Shown: positions 62,896-64,000 of the stretch, one piece after another | Numbering within the stretch: the stretch's first letter is position 1 | Layout of the letters: each line of letters opens with the position of its first letter | NCBI RefSeq assembly: GCF_041146345.1 | Contig: NW_027191402.1 | Coordinates: 744,001 to 808,000, forward strand | Length of the DNA: 64,000 nucleotides | DNA from: Neodothiora populina | Lineage: Eukaryota | Direction of reading: 5' to 3' | Translations under genes and position numbers: made by a program | Notes under the pieces: generated by a model | Seen by the model: the letters and a program-made list of their open reading frames with translations, nothing else | Databases searched by the model: none | Told to the model about the DNA's origin: nothing

Positions 62896-64000
62896 TCACT
62901 GTTCCTTTTCGTAGCCTTCTGGCTTGGGCATGTTGTTGAGCTCAAAGTAACGATTCGTGCCTAGATTCGAGGTATGTCAGCACAATTGATCAATTTACAG
63001 AAATACAAAAAAGCAGACTTACAAGAATAGCCGTTCCAGTCAAAGTTCTCCTTAGGGTTGCAGTGGCACTTGAGGTCGAGTCTCTTCTGCTCGCCAGTCG
63101 GGCAGTGAGTAAAAGGAACGTGGTAGTAGGCAATGTCATTGAAGAAATGGATCTCGTCCTTGGGAAGCATGAGACCTGCGGCGATGGAGTGGACGGGCGC
63201 GTCACCCCAGCGTTCGTAGAAGAAACCACCCTCGTGGTCAAGGAAGTCAAAGTAAGAAATGTAAGCATCAGATCGGAGCCTGATCGCAAATCATTAGCTC
63301 GTTGGACTAGACAAAATGCAAAAAGGTATTTACGTACCAGTCCAGGTTGCCAACCTCAAAGTTGGACCAAAAATGACAGTGGTTGTACGTCTCACCACCA
63401 TCGTCGGACAAGAAGTTCATGCTGTTGTCCTGAGCAATGTGCTGGGGGTTGGCCTTGATCCACTTCTTGGTGCTGTCCCAGAGAGTGGGGATGGTCTCGA
63501 CGTATTCGTAGAGACTCAAAACGAAAGAGTACTTCTTCTTGTTGTCGGCCATGAACTTGAATGGATCGTATGCAATGTCACAGAAAAGCTCAATGGAGGG
63601 CTCGACACGCCAGTACCACTCGTAGTCAAGGAGCAGAGGGTGTCTGAAGAAGAAGCCAGACTCATAACGACACATGTGGCGGTAAGAGACGCTGTCTCCG
63701 TAGATGATCTTTCTGGCGGCCATGTCGGCGCGAGTCTTGGCGGCCTTGTCCTGGTCGATGAAGTCCGGGAAGGACCAATGCTCTTTCGGGATCTCGCCAT
63801 ACTTGGTCTTGCCAGAAGTCAAAGCGGACGTGACCTTCTTGAACTGCTCGTCGAAAGGCTGGTCGTTGAGGAAGACCCAGTCGTAGTTGTATGCGTGGTT
63901 GAAGCGATCCTCGACCTGGCGGATGGAGCGGGCGATCTCCCAGACATCGCTGTTGCGGGCAAGGGTGACAAAGGTGGCGTTCATGCGCTCACCAGGAGCC
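62896..64000 (-). CDS. KTR1: GT15 alpha-1,2-mannosyltransferase (Kre2/Ktr1/Mnt1), 5' end outside the window; two introns in the window
   Basis: [52 protein letters not shown]. Confidence 0.95.

Noticed and set aside
1..64000. CRISPR arrays, rRNA, transposase/reverse transcriptase genes, RiPP repeat precursors
   Set aside because: None of the corresponding repeat structures or protein motifs were seen

Overview
Eukaryotic, intron-containing genomic DNA from a filamentous ascomycete (Pezizomycotina, probably Dothideomycetes by sequence style; inference). About 27 protein-coding loci and 3 tRNA genes (His-GUG and Ala-AGC with introns, Gln-CUG without) can be supported. The backbone is conserved housekeeping and regulatory genes: sreA, MRPS12, a PYP1-like HAD phosphatase, SHE9, NECAP, xlnR, GILT, an aldehyde dehydrogenase, U2A'/LEA1, TVP15, LIA1, RPA12, SCC2, POA1, Rieske RIP1, a CE12 acetylesterase and a partial GT15 mannosyltransferase. 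Two accessory blocks stand out. (i) About 24.3-32 kb is a decaying island holding an alpha/beta-hydrolase, an apparently internally deleted UstYa/DUF3328 oxidase, a GNAT, an orphan membrane protein and a triply disrupted C2H2 pseudogene. (ii) About 54.2-62.2 kb is a compact four-gene cluster with no backbone synthase: peroxisomal flavin amine oxidase, PhyH-type Fe/2OG dioxygenase, ketopantoate-reductase-like enzyme and a Zn2Cys6 regulator. This is the best candidate here for an undescribed pathway. Other notable items: a secreted protein with two novel-looking 8-Cys modules, CBC:HapX-type sites upstream of three iron-related genes, a GC-AG intron plus a 14-nt microexon, and an apparent frameshift in SCC2. 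No CRISPR array, rRNA or recognisable transposon was seen. Exon boundaries were read by eye and frame-checked; family assignments come from motif recognition, not database searches.
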